From Gemmatimonadaceae bacterium (GTDB taxonomy: Bacteria; Gemmatimonadota; Gemmatimonadetes; Gemmatimonadales; Gemmatimonadaceae), in NCBI GenBank assembly GCA_045803545.1, contig JBJMOW010000004.1, forward strand, positions 256,001 to 320,000: DNA of 64,000 nucleotides. Direction: 5' to 3'. The notes under the pieces are model-generated. The model did no database searches and was not told the origin of the DNA. It saw only the letters and a list, made by a program, of their open reading frames with translations. A program made the translations under genes and the position numbers. The first letter of the stretch is position 1, and every line of letters starts with the position of its first letter. This document shows, piece after piece, positions 17,725-26,972 of this stretch.

Positions 17725-18645
17725 CTACGGACCCGACGGGGATGATGTCGTTGCTACGTCGACGTCGATGTTGATTGTCGCGCCGTTCCAGGTCTGCGAC
17801 ACTTCGTAGATCCCCTGCCAAACGCTCGCCCAGGGGAACCCTACATCATGTGGCGACGCATCGAGCGAGAAGCCGGTTGAACTCGTGATCCAGTAAGCTG
17901 CCGAGCCGCTTGCGTTCATATCGGCATACGCGCGCTCGATGCCGCTGTGAATCGATTCAGCATTGTCCTTGTGCACGTAGACGCCCGGAAGGAAGCGGCG
18001 GTCGGCGAGCACTTGCTGCACCCACGCCCGATAGTAGGCATCCATTGATGCCGGGATTACAGCCATATGCTCGATGTCGAGAAAGATCACCGTTCCACTG
18101 GGGAATCCTTCCGAAGCCGTTTTGCTTATGGCATCGATTGCGTCAGCGGTTCCCTGCTCTGTAGTCAGCAAGGTTCGCGAGCAAGTTACTGTTGCTGATT
18201 GAATCTCTGCGGCTGTGGGCGGCACCATGATGCCGGCGCGTGCGTCGGGCAGAGTAATCGGGTTGAGAGGAAGCCGACGGTCGAACAAGGGCGGGACCAT
18301 TACATCGGGCACGCCGTCAAAGGTCTGCTGACCGACGTAAAGAACGGCCAACCCCCATCCCATTGTTGTCAGCGTCGATCGTGTTCCCATCCACGATGGA
18401 TCACGATGACATGGTGCCTGCAGGTAGTAACCAACCCACTCGTATGGCGAGCCCGGTCGCACCCATGCCTGCATCGCAGCATCACCGGGGTAAATGCTGG
18501 TGTCGAACCCCGGATGCGATCCGCCTCCAGTCGGAGGCGGACCAGTAATCCCACGATCGGTGCACGCGCTGCCCAACATGACAAGGAGTGCGACAGTGAT
18601 GTTCGCTCCTTGTCCGCAGCGTTCCCCCTTTCTACCGTGAATCAT
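17725..18645 (-). CDS. DUF1906 (GH25-like) domain lipoprotein, putative peptidoglycan hydrolase; start uncertain
   Basis: GFDTSIYPG, WVGYYL, LYVGQQ, IFLDIE, PGVY, WQ...INIDVD and a lipobox-like LGSAC. Confidence 0.8.
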   Translation of the reverse strand: MIHGRKGERCGQGANITVALLVMLGSACTDRGITGPPPTGGGSHPGFDTSIYPGDAAMQAWVRPGSPYEWVGYYLQAPCHRDPSWMGTRSTLTTMGWGLAVLYVGQQTFDGVPDVMVPPLFDRRLPLNPITLPDARAGIMVPPTAAEIQSATVTCSRTLLTTEQGTADAIDAISKTASEGFPSGTVIFLDIEHMAVIPASMDAYYRAWVQQVLADRRFLPGVYVHKDNAESIHSGIERAYADMNASGSAAYWITSSTGFSLDASPHDVGFPWASVWQGIYEVSQTWNGATINIDVDVATTSSPSGP

Positions 18646-19324
18646 GCGCCGGCTCATTCTCTTTATCGGATTGGCAACTCTCTCCAGCACCGCTGGCGCT
18701 CAAAAGGATTCAACGTCGCGACAAGGCTCGGATCGCCATCACGCTCGCGCATGGATTGTACCGATTGCAATCGTCGCATCGACAGCGATCGATCCCGAGT
18801 TGCGAGAGTGGGCATTACATACTCACGCCCGCTCGCTCGATCATCTCGCGCATCTGATCAATCCGCTGGGGACCGCCCATGTGCTCGTTCCAGCGATGGC
18901 CACGTTTTACGCCGCATCATTACTGACAGGCTCAACATCGATGCAGCACGGCGCGCTGGAGACCGCCGCGGCGTACATCGTGTCCGATGTGGCAGAGTCG
19001 ATTCTCAAACCAGTTGTCGGTCGAGAGCGTCCATACGCAGACGGAAACTCGCATCGCTTCCGTCCATTCACCAACAACGGCGACTGGCACTCTTTCCCTT
19101 CAGCGCACGTCACACACATCACTTCGATCGCCGAAGCAATCTCAATGCAGGCGGATTCGCGACCGGTGTCTGCGGTGTGCGATGTCGTCGTCGCCCTCGT
19201 CAGCTGGGACCGGATCTACGAGGATGAGCACTGGACAAGCGATGTAACGGCGACCGCCGCACTGAGCGCACTGATCAGCAACGCCACAGTGCGCTGGATC
19301 AAGTCACGCCGGAGCGATCACTGA
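18644..19324 (+). CDS. PAP2 family phosphatase
   Basis: KPVVGRERP, SFPSAH, DRIYEDEHWTSDV. Confidence 0.88.
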   Translation: MRRLILFIGLATLSSTAGAQKDSTSRQGSDRHHARAWIVPIAIVASTAIDPELREWALHTHARSLDHLAHLINPLGTAHVLVPAMATFYAASLLTGSTSMQHGALETAAAYIVSDVAESILKPVVGRERPYADGNSHRFRPFTNNGDWHSFPSAHVTHITSIAEAISMQADSRPVSAVCDVVVALVSWDRIYEDEHWTSDVTATAALSALISNATVRWIKSRRSDH

Positions 19325-19331
19325 CGCTCGC

Positions 19332-20285
19332 TCATTGCGGCGAAGGAAGTGTTACGAGAACCGCAGTGCAGATCAGGACGATCGCGCCGAATGTCAGCTC
19401 CATCGTCGAAGAGCGCCTGATCGTTTCTTCGGTGCCGAGGTCGCCAAGGGTCGGACGAACTCGCCGCCAGTTCCATGCGCCGAGTACGACTACTATCAGC
19501 ACGAAGATCAGCTTGACGATCAGTGTCACTCCGTAACCGGTCGTCCACAGCGACGAGATCCGCTTGAGATGCATCCACGCTGTCGTGAGCCCAGTCAAGG
19601 CTACAAAGGCCGCCGCCGTCAGCGCCAATGGCGAGAACGAATTCACGAGGTCGGCAACCAGCGTCGCGCGTGGTGTGCCCGGGGACTCACGTTTCATCAC
19701 ACCGCGAATTCCCACGAGCGACAATACGAGCAGCGTGCCAAGCCAGGTCGAAGCAGCAAGCACGTGAACAGCGTTCACCTTGCCCGCGCCACGTCCGGTG
19801 TAGAGCGGAAATAGCGCTGCGATCACAACGCCCAGAACAGCGAGCGTCCAGCCAAGCGACGATGATGCGCGAACGATGAGAAAACCGACCAGCGCGATCG
19901 CCAGGAAGGCCATTCGCGATTCGAACTGCCCGCGATTCTTTGGCAGGACTGCCGAGAACGCCTGATGACTGGACATCGACTCGAGAAGCGGTGCGCCAAG
20001 ATACGACACAAAGAGCAGGACGATTCCGAGCAAGCCGAGCATGGCAGCATTGTCGGGAGCGAGAATTCGACGCGCGTCCTCCGAGATTCCGCGCACCCGC
20101 CGCACGACACCGAACCGGAATCCAACCGCGCCAACCGACAGAAACCATCCCACGAACTGAATCAGCTCGAATAACGCGTCTTTGAACGAGAAGCCGTGCT
20201 CACCGCCGGGCGGTGGTCCACCGGGTCCCGCCGCTCCGGCTTGCGCACTCTGCGCGACTTCCTGCAGCAGATGTAAAACGCTCAT
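19332..20285 (-). CDS. CopD family membrane protein
   Basis: HVLAASTWLGTL, LVNSFSPLAL, LWTTGYGVTLIVKL, LGAWNWRRVRP. Paralogous to the CopD half of 1936-3294. Confidence 0.82.
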   Translation of the reverse strand: MSVLHLLQEVAQSAQAGAAGPGGPPPGGEHGFSFKDALFELIQFVGWFLSVGAVGFRFGVVRRVRGISEDARRILAPDNAAMLGLLGIVLLFVSYLGAPLLESMSSHQAFSAVLPKNRGQFESRMAFLAIALVGFLIVRASSSLGWTLAVLGVVIAALFPLYTGRGAGKVNAVHVLAASTWLGTLLVLSLVGIRGVMKRESPGTPRATLVADLVNSFSPLALTAAAFVALTGLTTAWMHLKRISSLWTTGYGVTLIVKLIFVLIVVVLGAWNWRRVRPTLGDLGTEETIRRSSTMELTFGAIVLICTAVLVTLPSPQ

Positions 20286-20953
20286 CGATCTCGACTCTCC
20301 TTTCCGACCAAAGACGTGTCGTAGTGGGCGAGCAAGTCGGCAGGGTCGTTGTAGATCTCCGCCGCTCCTTTCAGATCTTGCCTTGTCCAGCCGCCTGACA
20401 GAAATCCGATCGTACGCACCCCAGCTTTTGATGCTGCTTCGACGTCGTAGGGAGTGTCGCCGATCATGACGAGGTTGTTCTTGGAAATTCCGCTCTCGTC
20501 AATCGCTGCCTGCACGATGTCCGGGTCGGGCTTTGACCTTTTGGCATCGCTTGCAGTCGCCTTTTCTTCCATCAGACCGTCGACGTGCGCAGCCTTGAGC
20601 AAGCCTTTCAGCTCGTCGTCCTTTGCCGAGGTCGCAACAATCGCCTTGAGTCCGTCGCGTTTCACACGCAGAACGAGCTCGCGCGCGCCGGGGAGTGGCC
20701 GCAGGTGCGGCAAGTAAATGTCGCGAAAAATTTTGCCGCGAAGCTCGCCGAGCTTTTTGCCCTCGTCACTGTCCGGGCTAACACCGATCGTTTTCGGGAG
20801 GAGCTTGTCTCCGCCCATTCCGATCAGCGGTCGAACCTTCTCGAAAGGCACGTCGTAGCCAGCTTCTCTGAAAGTATCCACCCACGATTGAGCGTGCGCG
20901 TCGTTGCTGTCTACGAGCGTGCCGTCGACGTCGAAGATTACACCTTTGAGCAA
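20282..20953 (-). CDS. HAD family hydrolase
   Basis: FDVDGTLVDS, ATSA, SKPDPD, IGDTPYD. Confidence 0.92.
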   Translation of the reverse strand: MLKGVIFDVDGTLVDSNDAHAQSWVDTFREAGYDVPFEKVRPLIGMGGDKLLPKTIGVSPDSDEGKKLGELRGKIFRDIYLPHLRPLPGARELVLRVKRDGLKAIVATSAKDDELKGLLKAAHVDGLMEEKATASDAKRSKPDPDIVQAAIDESGISKNNLVMIGDTPYDVEAASKAGVRTIGFLSGGWTRQDLKGAAEIYNDPADLLAHYDTSLVGKESRDR

Positions 20954-20957
20954 CTGC

Positions 20958-21575
20958 CTACTTCAGGGTCTTCTGAATCGATTCCGCTTTGTCGAGATGA
21001 CCCTTTATGACTGGCGCAGCCTTCTGAATCAGGTTCTTGAGCTCGGCGGTCTGCGTTTGCGCGGCTGCCTTGGTGGCGAGATCGAGCACTGCCTTGTGCG
21101 CACTGACTTCAGCGTCAATGTAGGCCTTGTCGAAATCCTTCCCCTTGGCGGTGCTGTTCAGCGTGTTGGTCTCGCTCGAAGCCATTGGCTGGACAGGATC
21201 GTCGGACGGAGCTGCCGGCGTCACGTTCAGTTTCTTGGCGAGTGCAGCGCCTTGTGTGCGGAGCTGATGGTGGTCGCGCTCCATGCGTCTCGCGAAATCG
21301 CGGACCGCAGCAGCAGTGCCTTTCGTTGCAGCAATCGATCCCGCCGCGCTGTCGGCCGCGTTGGCCTCATCCAGCAGTGCGACGATATTGGCGTCTGACC
21401 AGTTGCCTGTCGAAGAGGTGCTGCTTGCCGCACCGGCCATTGCAGATGTGTCGGTGCTCATGGTGCTGGACGCCGCGGTGGTATCAACCGCGTTGTTGTC
21501 CTTCTTGCCGCATGCTGCAAGCGCCAGCACCGCAAGTCCAAGGCAGGTCACCCTTGTCATTGCGCTATTAGTCAT
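20958..21575 (-). CDS. DUF4142 domain lipoprotein
   Basis: Lipobox LAAC. SDANI..., VRDFARRMERDH, GKDFDKAYIDAEVSAH, HLDKA. Confidence 0.85.
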   Translation of the reverse strand: MTNSAMTRVTCLGLAVLALAACGKKDNNAVDTTAASSTMSTDTSAMAGAASSTSSTGNWSDANIVALLDEANAADSAAGSIAATKGTAAAVRDFARRMERDHHQLRTQGAALAKKLNVTPAAPSDDPVQPMASSETNTLNSTAKGKDFDKAYIDAEVSAHKAVLDLATKAAAQTQTAELKNLIQKAAPVIKGHLDKAESIQKTLK

Positions 21576-21680
21576 GCTGTTCTTTCCTCCGATAGGGTCG
21601 AGAAATTCGCGCCTACATTGCGGCGCTTTTCATTTGCGGTGGCGTCTTCGGCAAGAAGCGTACGCAGGGGCGTGTTTTCG

Positions 21681-22445
21681 CTAGTGCTCTCGTTGGATGC
21701 CGGAAGTGTACGGCGTCATTTGATTGAACACGCTTCCTTCGCGGAAGCGTGAAAACGCCGCTTTAACATCGAGCGCAATCGTCTTGAACCTGTCGGCGAC
21801 CCCGGGCGTGACACGGACGGTGCTGAAAAGGATCACGGCAAAGAGATCTCCTGTTGGCAGCATGCCCCCAAATCCGAGCACGGATCGGATTCCGAAGCGT
21901 TTCACAAAATCTTCCTGAGCCGGGATGTAGGGACTGCCCTCGGCGTTTTCGACGTGAAAGACCCCGTGCTTTTTGCCGGCAAGCTCACGAATGATCTCGG
22001 GCGAAGGCTCCAGCACACTGGTTAGATCCATTCCCAATTCCTTGATGAGCTGCGAGATCATTGGTGCCTTCTCCACCATCTCCGGGCTCGCGAGCGGAAT
22101 CGTCTGGTGGCCGCGGGAGAGCTGGCGCGCATTCCAGTTCGCTGACTGCCCGACTGTCGCCATGAGGGTCAGACATTTCATCGCTGCGTGGGGCATTGTG
22201 CCGGATAGGACCGTACGCGCGAATTCCTGGAGCTCCGGATTCAACGCGCCGTACGGGTGCGTCTTATAACAACGCACCAGCGCACACTGGTGCTCGCCAC
22301 CCGCACCGCGAAGCTCATCATAGAGGAAACGGCAAATCCGTTGCGCCGACTGTTCGAGAGTAGCCGCCGACGATGCACCCTCGCGCAAAGCGAGGCTGCA
22401 CTTTAGCATATCGCCCAACCCGAAGGTGATCAGATCGTACGGCAC
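21681..22445 (-). CDS. conserved hypothetical protein (stand-alone GAF-like sensor domain)
   Basis: CALVRCYKTHPY, CLTLMAT, GHQTIPL, GSPYIPAQ..FV..FGIRSVLGFGG. Resembles N-terminal domains of some sensor kinases (recalled, not searched). Confidence 0.7.
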   Translation of the reverse strand: MPYDLITFGLGDMLKCSLALREGASSAATLEQSAQRICRFLYDELRGAGGEHQCALVRCYKTHPYGALNPELQEFARTVLSGTMPHAAMKCLTLMATVGQSANWNARQLSRGHQTIPLASPEMVEKAPMISQLIKELGMDLTSVLEPSPEIIRELAGKKHGVFHVENAEGSPYIPAQEDFVKRFGIRSVLGFGGMLPTGDLFAVILFSTVRVTPGVADRFKTIALDVKAAFSRFREGSVFNQMTPYTSGIQREH

Positions 22446-22561
22446 CGGGCCTCGCTTCCGTGTAAGGTTGGCGTCATCAACTCCTTAATACGGCGCATTT
22501 TCAGGAATGTTGTTGCGACTCACTCCCTCAACGTTTGTCAAATTTCATGCGCGTCCGTAAC

Positions 22562-23512
22562 ATGCCATTAATCCGCGTTCTGGCCAGCTTTGGCGCAATT
22601 GCGTTGGCCGGAGTTGTGGCCTGCGCCGCAACCCGCGTTGGATCCGCTGGCGCCCCCCGACTCGAGCCTGTCCACGCCGACACCGCCGCGCTGAGGCGCA
22701 AGCTCGATTCGATCGCGGACGCGCATCACGGAATCGTCGGCTACACCGTCATCGACCTGGAAAGCGGCGCGCGAATCAGCCGCCGCGGCGACGAGACTTT
22801 TCCAACCGCCAGTCTGATCAAAGTCGCAATTCTTGTTACAGTCTACGATCTCGTCGCCAAAGGTCAGCTCTCACTCGACGATCCAATAACTCTGCTCAAG
22901 ATCGACCAGGTTCCCGGATCGGGTGTTCTGCAATTCCTGCATAACGGGACCGTGCTCACTGTTCGCGACGCTGCATGGCTGATGTCGATCATCAGTGACA
23001 ACACCGCAACCAATCTTCTCCTCGATCGCATCATCATTCGCCGGGTGTGGGCGAAGATGGATACACTTGGGCTCACTCACACCAGGGTTCACTCCAAGAG
23101 CTTTCTGCGCATTTCCAGCGTCGCCATGGATAGCTCCGCGAAGTACGGTCTTGGCGTGACGACGCCCAACGAGATGGCGCACCTGTTCGAGCTGATGGCG
23201 CAGGGAAAGGCAGTCAACCCGTCAGCAGACTCAGCGATGCTGGACATCCTCGAGCACAACGGCCAGGACATGATGCTGCAGAGATACGCCGGTGGTGCGC
23301 GCGCAGCTCACAAGGACGGCGAGACCGATCAGGTACGCAGTGAGTGCACGTTGTGGTATTTGCGAAATCGTGTTATCGCGTGCGTGATGACGAAGGAGAA
23401 CCAGGATCAGCGCTGGATCGTCGACAACGAGCCGCAGCTGACGATGGCCAACATGGGACTCGCGATCATCACCGCGTTTGGCGGAGTGCCGCCAGCTCCG
23501 CCGTCCCAGTAG
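22562..23512 (+). CDS. class A beta-lactamase-like serine hydrolase
   Basis: FPTASLIK (SxxK), ISDNTATN (SDN) and HKDG in place of KTG. Signal/lipoprotein peptide. Confidence 0.85.
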   Translation: MPLIRVLASFGAIALAGVVACAATRVGSAGAPRLEPVHADTAALRRKLDSIADAHHGIVGYTVIDLESGARISRRGDETFPTASLIKVAILVTVYDLVAKGQLSLDDPITLLKIDQVPGSGVLQFLHNGTVLTVRDAAWLMSIISDNTATNLLLDRIIIRRVWAKMDTLGLTHTRVHSKSFLRISSVAMDSSAKYGLGVTTPNEMAHLFELMAQGKAVNPSADSAMLDILEHNGQDMMLQRYAGGARAAHKDGETDQVRSECTLWYLRNRVIACVMTKENQDQRWIVDNEPQLTMANMGLAIITAFGGVPPAPPSQ

Positions 23513-23872
23513 CTAGACGACCCGGTGGCGGCCGCTCGTTCGGGCGGCGAGGGCGCGTACATCTGACGGCGTGAGTAAGGTCTCGTAGTGCTGCGATCGC
23601 TCGTCGTGGTGCGATAGTAGCTCGCCGGCGCCCGGAGCAATTACTGCCCGCTCGTAATCCGCTCCGGCGAATTCTCTCACGGCGTTCATATCGGTGAACT
23701 GGGTGATGGTGATGAACTCGACTTCATTGTTGGCGGCTTCGCGGCGCAGCAGATAGGCGCCATTGTAGCCACGAATGCGATGAATTCCGGGAAGGACTTC
23801 CGCGCGCAGAAGCTTCTCGTACTTATCTGCATTATCGCGCGTCGTCCATCCGTGCCAGATCCTGCTGATCAT
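23513..23872 (-). CDS. ABM-like dimeric alpha-beta barrel protein
   Basis: MISRIWHGWT...GYNGAYLLRR...AVREFAGADYERAV. Confidence 0.8.
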   Translation of the reverse strand: MISRIWHGWTTRDNADKYEKLLRAEVLPGIHRIRGYNGAYLLRREAANNEVEFITITQFTDMNAVREFAGADYERAVIAPGAGELLSHHDERSQHYETLLTPSDVRALAARTSGRHRVV

Positions 23873-23882
23873 TGCAGCTACC

Positions 23883-24413
23883 TCAGTGACCGGTGCGTTC
23901 GACTGTCTTTCCGGTAAAGTTCTCCGTGCTCAGGTCTTTTGATGCGAGTGAGCGTACGTAGGCGGTGAGCATCCAGATCTGATCGTTGGAAATGCGACCG
24001 CCCCACGCGGGCATGCCGTCGGGACGACCCTGATAAATCGATTCGAAGACTTCCGCCGGCGATCCACCAAAGTGCCAGCGCCCATCCTGGAAACTCGGCC
24101 CCATCGCTCCTGATCCGTCGGCGCCGTGACAATCCAGGCAGTTGTACGCGATAAAGAGTTTGCCACCGGTCCCGATTGCATTCTTGTCGCCCTCATAGGG
24201 ATTCTTCACTTCAATCGGCTTCACGCCGAGCGGAAACCCTGCCGGAAGAATCTCCGGATGCTCGACCAGACGCAGACTGTCACCGGCAACGAACAAAGCG
24301 CCTGCGCTTGTCGGAGTTGATGAGGCGGCTGTCGTACTATCCCCCGCCGACCTGGCCTGCGTACGACAAGCGAGCGCCAGGATTGGGAGGGCAAGTACGA
24401 GTACAGATTTCAT
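23883..24413 (-). CDS. c-type cytochrome lipoprotein (XoxG/cytochrome cL-like)
   Basis: NPYEGD, CLDCH heme motif, GAMGPS, GMPAW, lipobox LALAC. Follows the PQQ dehydrogenase. Confidence 0.88.
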   Translation of the reverse strand: MKSVLVLALPILALACRTQARSAGDSTTAASSTPTSAGALFVAGDSLRLVEHPEILPAGFPLGVKPIEVKNPYEGDKNAIGTGGKLFIAYNCLDCHGADGSGAMGPSFQDGRWHFGGSPAEVFESIYQGRPDGMPAWGGRISNDQIWMLTAYVRSLASKDLSTENFTGKTVERTGH

Positions 24414-24500
24414 TAACGTTCGCCCCTCGCAGCCGGTCCGAAATCCCGTCTCAGTTCGCAATTCGGACTGATCCGTTGGCCCGAACCCTTCAATCCGCAA

Positions 24501-26387
24501 TCAGAGAGAAAAGACAAAGAGATATCCTCCCCACGACGTCCATCGACTGATGTCCGGCAGTGTCGTCCCTCTTTCTCGGACATCGTAGGGCAGGTTTGCG
24601 GCGACATCGCCGGCGATTAACAAACCCATGTCTCCACCAATTCCTGCATAAATCGCCACATACTGTTTGCCGTCGGGACCGGTGTAAGTCACAGGATTGC
24701 CAACCACCCCTGATCCCACCTTGAACTGCCACAGAACTTTTCCATTGCGCGCATCGACCCCCTTGAACCATCCATCGAGCGTTCCGTAGAACACGACGCC
24801 GCCGGCAGTCGCGAGCGCACCACCCCACACCGGGTACGGTTCCTTGATGCCCCAGACTTTCTTGCCCGTAGTCGCATCCCAGGCGATGAACTCGCCACGG
24901 TAACCGCCTGGCCCGCCTTTCTCCGGCGCGTTTCCACCGATGAACGGCGTGCCTGCGATGTAGGTGACTGATCGCGCTTGAAAATCCATGCACAGGTTGT
25001 TCGTCGGCACGTAGAACAAACCGGTCAGCGGTGAGAACGCCGCGGGCTGTTGGTTCTTCCCGCCTTCGAGGCTCGGACAGATGTCCTTAATGTTCTTGTC
25101 CTGCGCAGTCTTCTTCGTCTCGACGACGTTCGGTCTTCCCGTCGACATGTCGATTCCAGTCGACCAGTTCATTGGCACGAACGGCTCGGCGAGCAGCACT
25201 TCGCCAGTCGCGCGATCGATGGTGTAAGCGAAACCATTTCGATCGAAGTGCACGAGTGCCTTGCGCATCTGCCCTTTGATCGGAAGATCGACCAGAATGT
25301 TTTCGTTGACGGCGTCGTAATCCCACATGTCGTGGGGTGTCACCTGGAATGCCCACACCAACTCACCGGTGTCGGCATCGCGCGCCAGAATCGCCGCCGT
25401 CCACTTGTTGTCGCCGGTGCGTTGCGCTTCGTTCCACGGCCCCGGATTGCTCGTACCGTGATAGATCAGGTTGAGGGTGGGATCGTACGAGACCCAACCC
25501 CACACCGCGCCGCCGCCTGTCTTCCATGTATCACCCGGCCACGAGCTGACGCCGAGGTTCGCACCACGATCGTGCGCGTAGAAGGGTTTGAATTTCGGGC
25601 CGACTTTGACGTCCTGATCGGGTCCGATGTTGTACGCGCGCCAGATCTGCTTTCCTGTTGCGGCATCGAGCGCCGCAATCCAGCCGCGCACTCCCATCTC
25701 TCCACCGCTCGAGCCAACGATCACTTTGCCCTTCACCACGATCGGCGCCATCGTGATGGTCTCGCCGCGTGAGAGATCACCCATCTGCGTGCGCCAGACC
25801 TGATTTCCCGTCGCCGCGTCAATGGCGATGGTATGTCCGTCGAGCAGGTTGTAGAAGATTTTTCCGTCAGCGTAAGCCGCGCCGCGATTCACGACATCAC
25901 AGCACGCTCTCCCGATCGCCTGCTGTGCGTTATCGGGTCGGAATTTCCATTTCAGTGGTTGACCTGCTGTGGCAAGGTCGATCGCATACGACACGTTGGG
26001 GTAGGGCGTCACCACGTACATCGTGTTGCCGACGACGAGCGGCTGTCCTTCGTGTCCGCGCAGTACGCCGGTCGAAAATGCCCACGAGACCTTGAGATTC
26101 CCGACGTTTTGCGGTGTGATCGAAGCGAGCTCGCTATAGCGTGAGCTCGCGTAGTCTCCGGCAGGCATTTGCCATTCGCCAGCGGGCCCCGCATGAGCGA
26201 CAGCGATCCGTGCTCCCGAAACCGACGCTGCTCCGACGGCGGCGGTTGATGTCACTCGCGGTTCGGATGCAGCTGTAGTGTCTGTCGTCGTCGACCTGGT
26301 GGTGGCTTTGCACACTACCAGGGCGCCGGACGCAATGATCACGGCGAGCCGTACGGCGCGGCGCACCGCCGGTCGCACGAGTGTCAT
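24501..26387 (-). CDS. xoxF: PQQ-dependent methanol/ethanol dehydrogenase, XoxF-like (lanthanide-type motif)
   Basis: FSTGVLRGHEG, ACCDVVNRG disulfide motif, GGEMGVRG, GTSNPGPW, and WDYDAVNE with the extra Asp two residues after the catalytic Asp. Confidence 0.82.
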   Translation of the reverse strand: MTLVRPAVRRAVRLAVIIASGALVVCKATTRSTTTDTTAASEPRVTSTAAVGAASVSGARIAVAHAGPAGEWQMPAGDYASSRYSELASITPQNVGNLKVSWAFSTGVLRGHEGQPLVVGNTMYVVTPYPNVSYAIDLATAGQPLKWKFRPDNAQQAIGRACCDVVNRGAAYADGKIFYNLLDGHTIAIDAATGNQVWRTQMGDLSRGETITMAPIVVKGKVIVGSSGGEMGVRGWIAALDAATGKQIWRAYNIGPDQDVKVGPKFKPFYAHDRGANLGVSSWPGDTWKTGGGAVWGWVSYDPTLNLIYHGTSNPGPWNEAQRTGDNKWTAAILARDADTGELVWAFQVTPHDMWDYDAVNENILVDLPIKGQMRKALVHFDRNGFAYTIDRATGEVLLAEPFVPMNWSTGIDMSTGRPNVVETKKTAQDKNIKDICPSLEGGKNQQPAAFSPLTGLFYVPTNNLCMDFQARSVTYIAGTPFIGGNAPEKGGPGGYRGEFIAWDATTGKKVWGIKEPYPVWGGALATAGGVVFYGTLDGWFKGVDARNGKVLWQFKVGSGVVGNPVTYTGPDGKQYVAIYAGIGGDMGLLIAGDVAANLPYDVRERGTTLPDISRWTSWGGYLFVFSL

Positions 26388-26875
26388 CTCGGAATCAGGT
26401 AATCCTGCGCCGCAATTATCTGCCACCGTCCATTCGCGCGCTGCCAGGTGTCAGTGAACTGATATCGTCTGTCGAACGCGCCAGCACTGCCGCGGCCGCG
26501 GAGGTGAAGGACCCCGGTGACTACATGCACATCGCCGAAGTCGTGCAGCCTCATGCCTTCGTTGCGCGCCCACTCGACGCGATCGGGTCCATTGACGCTC
26601 TTGATCACCTCTCCTCTGTTCATCACCGACGCGTTCTCGGTATAGACGAACCTGGGTGCGAGCAATCTCTCGAACGTCGCCGCATCGCGGCGAGTCAGCG
26701 CTGTCGTCCACTGATCCTCGAGCTTGATCGGCGGGAGGTCCGCGCTTGGAACTCGCGAGACGTGACGAGGAATTGGGGTCGGATCTGGCGGTGGAGGGGC
26801 GCCCCTGCTCGCCTGTGAAATAGCGGGACCCACAACCACCATCGTCAGCAGAAAAGCAATCGAAGCTGCTCTCAT
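26384..26875 (-). CDS. secreted NTF2-like/DUF4440 protein
   Basis: LEDQWTTALTRRDAATFERLLAPRFVY...RYQFTDTWQRANGRWQII. ATGA-coupled to xoxF. Confidence 0.8.
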   Translation of the reverse strand: MRAASIAFLLTMVVVGPAISQASRGAPPPPDPTPIPRHVSRVPSADLPPIKLEDQWTTALTRRDAATFERLLAPRFVYTENASVMNRGEVIKSVNGPDRVEWARNEGMRLHDFGDVHVVTGVLHLRGRGSAGAFDRRYQFTDTWQRANGRWQIIAAQDYLIPR

Positions 26876-26972
26876 CGAATCACTCCTGTTCGCGAGCACG
26901 CGGTCTTCAACTGCAACTCAGTAGCCATGACCGTAAGCGTGAAATAGCACCAATATTGCCCCTCGGCAAATC

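Noticed and set aside
21651..21665. sigma54-like box GCGTACG-CTTC-TTGC upstream of DUF4142
   Set aside because: It lacks the invariant GG at -24. Suggestive only.
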